Source of the DNA: Patescibacteria group bacterium
GTDB lineage: Bacteria > Patescibacteriota > Patescibacteriia > UBA9934
Reading direction: 5' to 3'
NCBI GenBank assembly: GCA_041666145.1
Contig: JBAYHK010000003.1
Location: 6,277 to 70,276, forward strand
Length of the DNA stretch: 64,000 bases
The position numbers were made by a program, and so were the translations under genes. Below the pieces are notes generated by a model. That model ran no database searches and was not told where the DNA came from. It saw nothing but the letters and a program-made list of their open reading frames with translations. Positions 1 to 6,967 of this stretch are shown one piece after another. Position 1 is the stretch's first letter, and each line of letters begins with the position of its first letter.

Positions 1-1
1 G

Positions 2-625
2 GCAAGTGGCGAGGCGCAAGGCGAAAGAGGGGAATTGCCGAACGACATTGCGGCCATGAAGAAATTACCTGGAATCGGTGAATACACAGCGAACGCGATC
101 GCCGCATTCGCATTTCGAAATGTCGAGGCTGCGCCAGTTGATACGAATATTGTTCGAATTCTGAAGCGTGTATTTCCGCGCCAAACAAAAGATCGTCAAT
201 CAATTGAACGGCTCGCGTACAGTATTCGGCCAGAAGATGTTTGGACTTGGAATCATGCGCTTATGGACATTGGCGCACTGGAGTGCACAGCGCGGGGGCA
301 TGTTTCCGGGCTTTGTGTCCTCGGAGAGCTTCACGGTGATGTTGAGAAGAGAATGCGAAATCGTTCTAGGCTAAAAAACACTCTTCTTGAAAATAGGCGG
401 GGCTCCCATGCCCCGCACAAGCGATTTGAAGATACAGATCGATATTATCGAGGAAGGATCGTTGATCTTTTGCGAGAAGGCGCAATGACAATGAAGGGAA
501 TGCGAACGAATGTTCTTTTTTCAAGGATTGATGACGAGCGTTTTGCGACGCTTCTTCAAGGGGTTATGAACGAAGGCATCGTAGAACGCTATCGAAATAC
601 GGTATTCTTAGCGGGTGATAAGTAA
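2..625 (+). CDS. mutY: A/G-specific adenine glycosylase (MutY/HhH-GPD family), 5'-truncated by the window edge
   Basis: HhH motif LPGIGEYTANAI, catalytic VDTNIVRIL, NHALMDIGA; frame is open back to position 2. Confidence 0.85.
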   Translation, partial: ASGEAQGERGELPNDIAAMKKLPGIGEYTANAIAAFAFRNVEAAPVDTNIVRILKRVFPRQTKDRQSIERLAYSIRPEDVWTWNHALMDIGALECTARGHVSGLCVLGELHGDVEKRMRNRSRLKNTLLENRRGSHAPHKRFEDTDRYYRGRIVDLLREGAMTMKGMRTNVLFSRIDDERFATLLQGVMNEGIVERYRNTVFLAGDK

Positions 626-650
626 AAAGAAGTCTGAACTAAAATTATTT

Positions 651-938
651 ATGGCATTGATCGAATTTTTCGGTGAAACTTGTCCGCATTGTGTTGAAAT
701 GAAGCCAATGGTTGAGAACGTTGAGAAGAATTTAGGAGTAGCTATTCAAAAGCTCGAAGTATGGAACAACGACGCGAATGCAAAAAAGCTCGAGGCAATT
801 GACGATGAATTGTGCGGCGGCGTTCCATTTTTTTATAACGAAGAGAAGAAAACATTCATTTGCGGGTCGAGTGACGAACAGACGCTGATGCGATGGGCCA
901 AGGGAGAGGCTGGAGAAGGAATTGGAGGGGGACTATAG
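651..938 (+). CDS. Thioredoxin/glutaredoxin-like protein
   Basis: CPHC active site and cis-Pro motif GGVPFF; ATG at 651. Confidence 0.85.
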   Translation: MALIEFFGETCPHCVEMKPMVENVEKNLGVAIQKLEVWNNDANAKKLEAIDDELCGGVPFFYNEEKKTFICGSSDEQTLMRWAKGEAGEGIGGGL

Positions 939-965
939 GTCCTATTAGCCCTATCGGTCCTATGC
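930..965. repeat. Four imperfect 9-nt tandem units (GNNCTATNN)
   Basis: ggactatag gtcctatta gccctatcg gtcctatgc. Confidence 0.6.
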
Positions 966-1336
966 GTTCAACGAAATGCAATCAAACACAAAAGCCCCGA
1001 TTGGGGCTTTTGGTTCTTCTTTCGATAGTTGTATTCGCTGGTGCTGGTTGTGAATCCGTTTCATCGACGACGCAATTTCTTCAGTCGCAAGCAAGTTCGG
1101 CAATTGCGATTATTCAGCAGAAGATTGCAGAACTGCAATTAGTAGTTTCAAATGTGCAGCAAACATACGGCAAGGCAAAGGCGGTCTATGACATTCTCAA
1201 TACTGAAACTGTCGATACGACTGTTACTCCATCCGCTCAACCCACCGAGGATCAACCGCAACCTGTAACTGAAGAAAATACTTCTTCCCAGTCACAGCCT
1301 CTAGCTCCCGACGAGTCGACTGGCCAATCTCTTTAA
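962..1336 (+). CDS. Putative lipoprotein, coiled-coil with a disordered tail
   Basis: Hydrophobic stretch ending in lipobox-like FAGAGC, helical segment, P/Q/T/S-rich tail; start uncertain. Confidence 0.65.
   Translation: MRSTKCNQTQKPRLGLLVLLSIVVFAGAGCESVSSTTQFLQSQASSAIAIIQQKIAELQLVVSNVQQTYGKAKAVYDILNTETVDTTVTPSAQPTEDQPQPVTEENTSSQSQPLAPDESTGQSL
989..1012. terminator. Terminator-like hairpin downstream of the thioredoxin gene (lies inside the lipoprotein 5' end)
   Basis: caaaagcccc-gatt-ggggcttttg. Confidence 0.5.
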
Positions 1337-2078
1337 TGCCCTGGCCGCGTGCTCCGATGATCATTGGCTTATAACGTTCGGAATGCGTAAAGATTGTTGC
1401 ATCAACGAATACGGTTCCATTGCTTTGCTCACGGATGTCGTTCACTTCAACGTGGGTTGAGTAGGGGACTTCTTCTCGAAGACGAAGAAAAAGTTTTTCG
1501 CGAATAAGCTCGGCAAGCCATTCATTATTTCCCATGTTTGTCATCTGGAATTTTGGATACAGGAACTCGCCTTCTGGCATTTGCTCCCAAATCCATTTTT
1601 CAATGAGGTCGGTATTCTTGCTGGTGAGCGCAGAAACTTCGACGTAGTTCGAGAACTTTGATCCAAGATCACGGTAATAGTCGATGAAATGTTTGCTCGC
1701 CTTGTCGTCGATTTTGTTAATAACAAGGAGCTTTGGAACCGTGACGTTTTCAATCATGCGCAATGCCATCTTTTCCTCATCTCCAATGCTTCGTGTCGGG
1801 TCTGCAATGTACATGACCGCCTGAACATCTCGAAGCGAATCCTTTGCGTAGCTGTTCAGTTTTTTCGTTAACGTATCTCGTGACTTCTGCATGATTCCTG
1901 GAGTGTCTACAAAAACAACCTGTCCTTCTTCTCGCGTAATAATTCCTTGAACAGGTCGACGAGTGGTTTGCGGTTTTGGTGTGGTAATGGCGACTTTGGT
2001 TCCAACGAGCGTATTAATGAGTGTCGACTTTCCAACGTTGCTTCTTCCAACGATTGCAACAATTCCAGACTTTGGCAT
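1224..2078 (-). CDS. era: GTPase Era
   Basis: GRSNVGKS, PQTTR, DTPG, NKID and KH-domain GIKEIG; true start MPKSG at 2078 (the track's N-terminal extension is spurious). Confidence 0.97.
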   Translation of the reverse strand: MPKSGIVAIVGRSNVGKSTLINTLVGTKVAITTPKPQTTRRPVQGIITREEGQVVFVDTPGIMQKSRDTLTKKLNSYAKDSLRDVQAVMYIADPTRSIGDEEKMALRMIENVTVPKLLVINKIDDKASKHFIDYYRDLGSKFSNYVEVSALTSKNTDLIEKWIWEQMPEGEFLYPKFQMTNMGNNEWLAELIREKLFLRLREEVPYSTHVEVNDIREQSNGTVFVDATIFTHSERYKPMIIGARGQGIKEIGQSTRRELEAVTGKKYFLQLQVAVDPRWVERME

Positions 2079-2112
2079 AGTGAGTAGGTGATCTCTCGAT
2101 TTGCTCCTTTTC

Positions 2113-2190
2113 GTCATTGCGAGGAGGGTAATCCTGACGAAGCAATCTTTCCGTGTAGATTGCTTCAGCTGATTACAGCTTTGCAATGAC
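2113..2190. repeat. Nested palindromic REP/RPE-like intergenic element
   Basis: Outer arms gtcattgcga...ttgcaatgac, inner arms gaagcaatct...agattgcttc. Confidence 0.75.
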
Positions 2191-2469
2191 AGAGAATGTC
2201 CGAGGAGCGATAACCGAGAACAAATGAATAATGCGCGGATGTTAGCGGAAAAATTGATTTTGGTCAATTCGAACCCTCCCATGTAACAAGGGGGAGTCGA
2301 AGTGGGTAGTTACTGAAGAGAGTCTTTTAGTGGGCTGGGAATGGAGGACGTGAAAGTGAGGAGAGTTTTTGAAGTGGTCGGTGGGTGAATATGAAGGCAG
2401 ACATGAGAGTTTGAGAAGGTTGGAGTTTGTGGTTTCGACTAGCACAGCATATCGTTTTTGCCGATTCCG

Positions 2470-2493
2470 CAATGTAAAGTCGACTTTACATTG
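2470..2493. promoter_or_regulatory. Perfect 24-bp palindrome, operator-like (copy 1)
   Basis: caatgtaaagtcgactttacattg. Confidence 0.55.
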
Positions 2494-2526
2494 AAACTTC
2501 AAAAAGCCCAATGTTTTCGCAGGTCG

Positions 2527-2548
2527 GATGTAAAGTTGACTTTACATC
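2527..2548. promoter_or_regulatory. 22-bp palindrome, operator-like (copy 2)
   Basis: gatgtaaagt-tg-actttacatc, same ATGTAAAGTnGACTTTACAT core as copy 1. Confidence 0.55.
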
Positions 2549-2737
2549 GTGAGATCCGCAAAAAACAACCACCACGCTCCAGCCATTCTAAAAAACAAAA
2601 TGAACAGTCGCTAGAAACCTCAATTCTCCTTCCCTCTAAAGACTTCTTTTCATTTTCACCACGCTACGAATCCTTCACATACGTTCGGGATGGGATAATG
2701 AGGCTATCGATCATTAATGATGTATATAAAACCAACT

Positions 2738-2905
2738 ATGAAAAACACAAAAATTATTCTCCTCATCGTTTTTGTTCTTATCGTCGTAATCGCAATCCTT
2801 CGTTTTTCATCACAAGAAGACATTTGGCTTTGTGATGAAGGAATTTGGGTACAGCACGGCCATCCGTCAGCCGCAAAGCCAACCACGGCATGCGGCGAGT
2901 TTTGA
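2738..2905 (+). CDS. Small membrane-anchored protein (55 aa) with an EDxWxCxxGxWxxHGxP motif
   Basis: N-terminal TM/signal, two Cys and a Trp/His/Gly/Pro motif; followed directly by a terminator. Confidence 0.75.
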   Translation: MKNTKIILLIVFVLIVVIAILRFSSQEDIWLCDEGIWVQHGHPSAAKPTTACGEF

Positions 2906-2936
2906 AAAAGTCCCCGATGAATTTCGGGGACTTTTT
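2905..2936. terminator. Bidirectional intrinsic terminator
   Basis: aaaaagtccccga-tgaatt-tcggggacttttt between convergent genes. Confidence 0.85.
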
Positions 2937-2955
2937 GATCAAATTATGAAGTCAT

Positions 2956-2990
2956 CAATGAACTAAGTTAGTGACTAACTTAGTTCATTG
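2956..2990. repeat. Perfect 35-bp palindrome (17-bp arms, 1-nt centre) overlapping the rlmD stop
   Basis: caatgaactaagttagt-g-actaacttagttcattg. Confidence 0.85.
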
Positions 2991-4180
2991 CCATTTCTGT
3001 CCTTTCGTACCAGCGCCGTTACGAGCTCAACGTGCGGCGTGTGGGGGAACATGTCGACGGCACGGATGGCTTCGACGTTGTAGTGCTTTGAAAGTTCGAC
3101 CATCTCGCGGGCAAAGTTTTTGAAGTTGCAGGAAATATAGACAATGCGGGAGGGTTTCACTTTAATAATGTCGGCAAGCGCTTTGTCATGCATACCAGAG
3201 CGAGGAGGATCGAGAATCACCACATCGGCGCCAAGCTTCATCCAATCAAAGTCCTCAGTCTTTGCGTCGAAGAAGTCGATAGAGACATTGTTAAGTTCTG
3301 CGTTTATTCGAGCATCACGAATTGCGTCTGGAACAAGTTCGACGCCGATTGTTTTCTTTGCTCCGTTTGCAAGGGCGATTCCGAAGAAGCCGGTGCCGCA
3401 ATAGAGATCGAGCAGTGTTTTATCAGTAAGGTCACCGGCGAATTCGCGGACTGTTGAGAGGAGCATTGGTGCGGCGTAGGAATTTGTTTGGAAGAAAGCG
3501 TTTGGTGAAATGCAGAAGCGACTGCCTTCAATAGTTTCCTTAATTACACCAGGACCATCGATCACACGAATTTCATCTCCGAATGAGAGATCGGAGATTG
3601 TGTGGTTGATGGACCAGACAACAGTTGTTGCATTTGTTTTGGAAGCAAGATCATGGAGTGCAGTTTCGACAGCGCTTGCGTCATCGTTCGTTGTGACAGT
3701 GGCCCCGAGATTGCCTTCGCCAAGCTGTTGCTCGCCATTTGGTGCACTGGTAACAATGATGATCATGGTTTCTCCAGTGGATGTTGCACGAATAACTGCA
3801 TAGCGGAGTGTGCCAATGTTGGTTTTGCGGTCAAAGAACGAAAGACCAGATTCTTTTACCCAGGTTCGAACAATAGGGAATAGGGCCTCGATTTTTTCGT
3901 CGCCAAGAAAACAGGTGTGATTGTCTATGACTTTCCACCACTTTCCCTTTTCTCGAAGTCCCATTTCTCCTTTGAAATTGATCACGAAATCCATGCGATT
4001 TCGATAATGCTCAGTTTTCGGTGCTGGAAAAATGTCTTTTACTTGAAGATCAAGCTTTTTGATGGCAAACGATCCGTTGATTTCGGAGAGCTTTTGTTGA
4101 AGCTGTTTTTCGTATGGAATGTGGCTCCATCCGCATGAACCGCAAACGTCTGGTGCTGGGCAAGGTGAAATGTTGGTCAT
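2975..4180 (-). CDS. rlmD: 23S rRNA (uracil-5)-methyltransferase RlmD/RumA family
   Basis: CP...CGSC Fe-S motif, YRNRMDF, AFFQTN, LDLYCGTG, DPPRSG, YISCN, DMFPHTPHVE; start MTNIS at 4180. Confidence 0.93.
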   Translation of the reverse strand: MTNISPCPAPDVCGSCGWSHIPYEKQLQQKLSEINGSFAIKKLDLQVKDIFPAPKTEHYRNRMDFVINFKGEMGLREKGKWWKVIDNHTCFLGDEKIEALFPIVRTWVKESGLSFFDRKTNIGTLRYAVIRATSTGETMIIIVTSAPNGEQQLGEGNLGATVTTNDDASAVETALHDLASKTNATTVVWSINHTISDLSFGDEIRVIDGPGVIKETIEGSRFCISPNAFFQTNSYAAPMLLSTVREFAGDLTDKTLLDLYCGTGFFGIALANGAKKTIGVELVPDAIRDARINAELNNVSIDFFDAKTEDFDWMKLGADVVILDPPRSGMHDKALADIIKVKPSRIVYISCNFKNFAREMVELSKHYNVEAIRAVDMFPHTPHVELVTALVRKDRNGNELS

Positions 4181-4240
4181 ATTGCGGCCGAGTGTATGTT
4201 TTTTTGCTGATTTTCGCAATTTCTGGCATGCTCTTGCCGC

Positions 4241-4690
4241 ATGATTATCATTGCGCACAATATTCGGAGCCTTCATAACGTTGGGGCAATCTTGCGAAAT
4301 GCCGCTGCTTTTGGAGCGGAAAAGGTATTTTTAACTGGAATCACCGGCGTACCTCCAAGAAAGGAAATTGCGAAAGTTTCTCTCGGCGCTGAAGATTTGG
4401 TTTCTTGGGAGACCGGTGACATTGGAGTCGTCATCGAAGGGCTTCGATTGAAAGCGTATGAAATTTGGGGACTTGAAACTGGCGAAGGAGCGATCGATAT
4501 CGCTGATTTTGAAGGCTCAAGAATTCATCGAATGGCTCTTGTTTTGGGAAGCGAAACTGAAGGAATCGACGTGGAAACGCGTGCTATGCTGAATGGAATC
4601 ATAGAGATTCCCATGGAGAAAAAGCGATCGTTGAATGTTTCTGTGGCAAGCGGTATTGCAATGTACGCTCTTAAAAATTTGCACCTGTAG
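4241..4690 (+). CDS. TrmH/SpoU-family RNA 2'-O-methyltransferase
   Basis: NIRSLHNVGAILR, LVLGSETEG, EIPM...SLNVSVA SPOUT motifs. Confidence 0.92.
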   Translation: MIIIAHNIRSLHNVGAILRNAAAFGAEKVFLTGITGVPPRKEIAKVSLGAEDLVSWETGDIGVVIEGLRLKAYEIWGLETGEGAIDIADFEGSRIHRMALVLGSETEGIDVETRAMLNGIIEIPMEKKRSLNVSVASGIAMYALKNLHL

Positions 4691-4757
4691 CTTAGCTGGA
4701 TAAAGCGCCTCCCTCCGAAGGAGGAGATCGTGCGTTCGAATCGCGCCAGGTGCACCA
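4681..4757 (+). tRNA. tRNA-Arg (anticodon CCG), CCA encoded
   Basis: Acceptor GCACCTG/CAGGTGC, D-arm TAGCTTAGCTGGATAAAGC, anticodon stem CCTCC/GGAGG with loop CTCCGAA, T-loop GTTCGAATC, ends ACCA. Confidence 0.97.
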
Positions 4758-4883
4758 GTGAATCTGCTTAATTTCGTTCATTTTTGGCTTGCGTCTTCGC
4801 AAATTCGTTCAACGTACCAAGAAGTACGTTTCTCGAACTTTGCTCGACGCGCACCAAAACTGATCAAAATTAAGCAGATCCAC
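4758..4883. mobile_element. MITE/REP-like 126-bp imperfect full-length hairpin
   Basis: Terminal IR gtgaatctgcttaattt/aaattaagcagatccac plus nested arms ttttgg/ccaaaa, gcgtc/gacgc, gcaaa/tttgc, aacgtac/gtacgtt. Confidence 0.6.
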
Positions 4884-4900
4884 ACTTGTCGAAGCGTTTT

Positions 4901-5620
4901 ATGTCTCTAACACTTTCCGTCGTCATTCCAACAAAGAACGAAGAGCAATATCTCCCATCGATTCTTGCTGAGCTTCGTGAGCAGTCATTACGACCAATCG
5001 AAGTGATTGTTTCTGATGCGAATTCCACAGACGCTACTCGTGTGATCGCGGAAAAGTTTGGTGCTCGAGTTGTTGACGGCGGCCTTCCGGCGATTGGGAG
5101 AAATCGTGGAGCAGCTGTTGCGAGTGGTGATCTGATCTATTTTTTTGATGCCGACGTCATTCTTCAAGATAAGGATTTTCTCGCGCATGCCGTCGAAGAG
5201 TTCGAAAGGAAAACATATGACATCGCTTCGGCTTTTCTTGGTGTTATAGGCGGAACGTTATTCGATGAATTTTCTCATGGATGTATAAATGAGTATTTTC
5301 GATTGATAAATTCAGTGAGGCCTCATGCGCCAGGATGTTGCATCCTTATCCGTCGATCGTTACATGAAGCAATCGGTGGATTTGATGAGACGATCGTTTT
5401 AGCCGAAGACCATGATTATGCTTTGCGAGCTTCGAAATGCGGGGTATTCGGCGTGCTTGATTCAGTAAAAGTATTCACGAGCACTCGTCGTCAAGAGCGT
5501 GATAGGAGATTCTTCTTGATCATGAAATATCTTCTGGCCGAGCTTCATATATTGTTTATTGGTCCAATTAGACATGATAAATTTAAATATGAATTTGGTT
5601 ATGACAAAAAGAAAGTTTGA
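4901..5620 (+). CDS. Glycosyltransferase family 2 (copy 1)
   Basis: SVVIPTKNEE, VIVSDANSTD, FFDADV (DxD), GGFDE, EDHDY. Confidence 0.93.
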   Translation: MSLTLSVVIPTKNEEQYLPSILAELREQSLRPIEVIVSDANSTDATRVIAEKFGARVVDGGLPAIGRNRGAAVASGDLIYFFDADVILQDKDFLAHAVEEFERKTYDIASAFLGVIGGTLFDEFSHGCINEYFRLINSVRPHAPGCCILIRRSLHEAIGGFDETIVLAEDHDYALRASKCGVFGVLDSVKVFTSTRRQERDRRFFLIMKYLLAELHILFIGPIRHDKFKYEFGYDKKKV

Positions 5621-5636
5621 GATTTAACTTTTTTCT

Positions 5637-6362
5637 ATGCCGTTAACATTGTCTGTCGTCATTCCAACAAAGAACGAAGAGCAATATCTTCCGTCGATTC
5701 TTGCTGAGCTTCGTGAGCAGTCATTACAACCAATCGAAGTGATTGTTTCTGATGCGAATTCTACAGACGCTACTCGTGCCATTGCGGAAAAGTTTGGTGC
5801 GAAAGTTGTTGATGGCGGCTTGCCATCGGCAGGAAGAAACCGCGGAGCTGAAGTCGCGACAGGGGACTTGATCTATTTTTTTGATGCCGACGTCATTCTT
5901 CGAGATAAGAATTTTCTTGTGCATGCCGTCGAAGAGTTCGAAAGGAAAACATTTGATGTCGCAGCTCCGCGCATTGGCGTTGTCGACGCAAAAGCTTTCG
6001 ATAGATTTACACATGCTTTTTACAATGGATACATTCGACTTATACAATCATTTCTTCCGCATCTTCCCGGTTTTTGCATTCTTGTTCGTCGATCTTTACA
6101 TGAAGCCATTGGAGGATTTGATGAGTCGGTGTTGTTTTGTGAAGATTGCGATTATGCGATTCGATCTGCAAAGAAGGGTAAATTTGGCATTCTTGATTCT
6201 GTAGAGATTCTTGTAACAACGCGCAGACAGGAACGAGACGGAAGATTGTCGATGACGATAAAATATATTCTTGCTGAATTCCACATCATTTTTCTTGGAC
6301 CAATCCGACATGATAAATTCAAGTACGGATTTGGATATGATGTAAAAAAGTCCAAAGAATAG
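5637..6362 (+). CDS. Glycosyltransferase family 2 (copy 2, tandem paralog)
   Basis: Same GT-A motifs; 5' third nearly identical to copy 1 at DNA level. Confidence 0.93.
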   Translation: MPLTLSVVIPTKNEEQYLPSILAELREQSLQPIEVIVSDANSTDATRAIAEKFGAKVVDGGLPSAGRNRGAEVATGDLIYFFDADVILRDKNFLVHAVEEFERKTFDVAAPRIGVVDAKAFDRFTHAFYNGYIRLIQSFLPHLPGFCILVRRSLHEAIGGFDESVLFCEDCDYAIRSAKKGKFGILDSVEILVTTRRQERDGRLSMTIKYILAEFHIIFLGPIRHDKFKYGFGYDVKKSKE

Positions 6363-6365
6363 GCG

Positions 6366-6374
6366 TGTTACAAT
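6366..6374 (+). promoter_or_regulatory. Extended -10 promoter element, near-leaderless pduL transcript
   Basis: TGtTACAAT ending 8 nt before ATG 6383. Confidence 0.55.
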
Positions 6375-6382
6375 GCGATTGT

Positions 6383-6964
6383 ATGTCGCATCCAATTCCG
6401 ATCGAGGTTATGTATTCCCACGTTCATCTTTCAGAAGGACAGAGAAAAATTCTTTTTGGGGAACGAAATTCTGGAACCGTTCGACAAGAGATGAGCCAGT
6501 CAGGGCAGTTTGCGTATGAAGAAACCGTTGATGTGGTTGGTTCTAATGGAAAAGTTTTGACATTGAGAGTCCTTGGGCCGTCGCGGAAGTCAACACAAGT
6601 TGAATTGACAAAGGGAGAGGCTGAACTTTTGGCATTACACGCACAAGAAGCTCTTTCTGGTGATTTTGATCTTGCTATAGATTGCACATTGAAAACAGAA
6701 CATGGAGAAGTCGTTGCTCCAAAATCGGTCATTATTCCAAGAATGCACATTCATCTTTCTGATAGTGAAGCACGAACGCTTCGTCTTGAGCATGGATCCG
6801 TTGTGCGTGTTGACGTGATTGGTGACGGAGCTCGAGTGATTGATGACGTTGTCGTTCGCGTTCATCCAACGTATCGAGCGCGATTGCATTTACATGCAGA
6901 TGATGCGCGTGATTTATGGCTGAGTGGAGGGGCGCATGTTCGTATTCGCGATCTTCAACATTAA
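6383..6964 (+). CDS. pduL: PduL-like phosphate propanoyltransferase/acyltransferase (divergent)
   Basis: Two-repeat architecture: HVHLS, SQSGQFA, RVLGPSRKSTQVEL, HIHLS, VVVRV...LHLHADDA. Confidence 0.8.
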   Translation: MSHPIPIEVMYSHVHLSEGQRKILFGERNSGTVRQEMSQSGQFAYEETVDVVGSNGKVLTLRVLGPSRKSTQVELTKGEAELLALHAQEALSGDFDLAIDCTLKTEHGEVVAPKSVIIPRMHIHLSDSEARTLRLEHGSVVRVDVIGDGARVIDDVVVRVHPTYRARLHLHADDARDLWLSGGAHVRIRDLQH

Positions 6965-6967
6965 TGT

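Noticed and set aside
2079-2282. 68-aa N-terminal extension of Era in the ORF track
   Set aside because: It is translation through the palindromic element; family similarity starts at MPKSG (2078). Similar spurious extensions affect rlmD, alaS, infA, rpsI and priA
2265-2302. GGTTCGAAT on the - strand resembling a tRNA T-loop
   Set aside because: No T-stem, acceptor stem or cloverleaf can be formed
2470-2548. Two similar palindromes about 56 bp apart read as a mini CRISPR array
   Set aside because: Only two units, fully palindromic and not identical, with no leader or cas genes; they fit binding sites better
2242-2835. ORFs 2242..2511 (-) and 2458..2835 (+) across the palindromes
   Set aside because: No recognisable motifs, composition driven by local skew, and the longer one overlaps the better supported 55-aa gene out of frame
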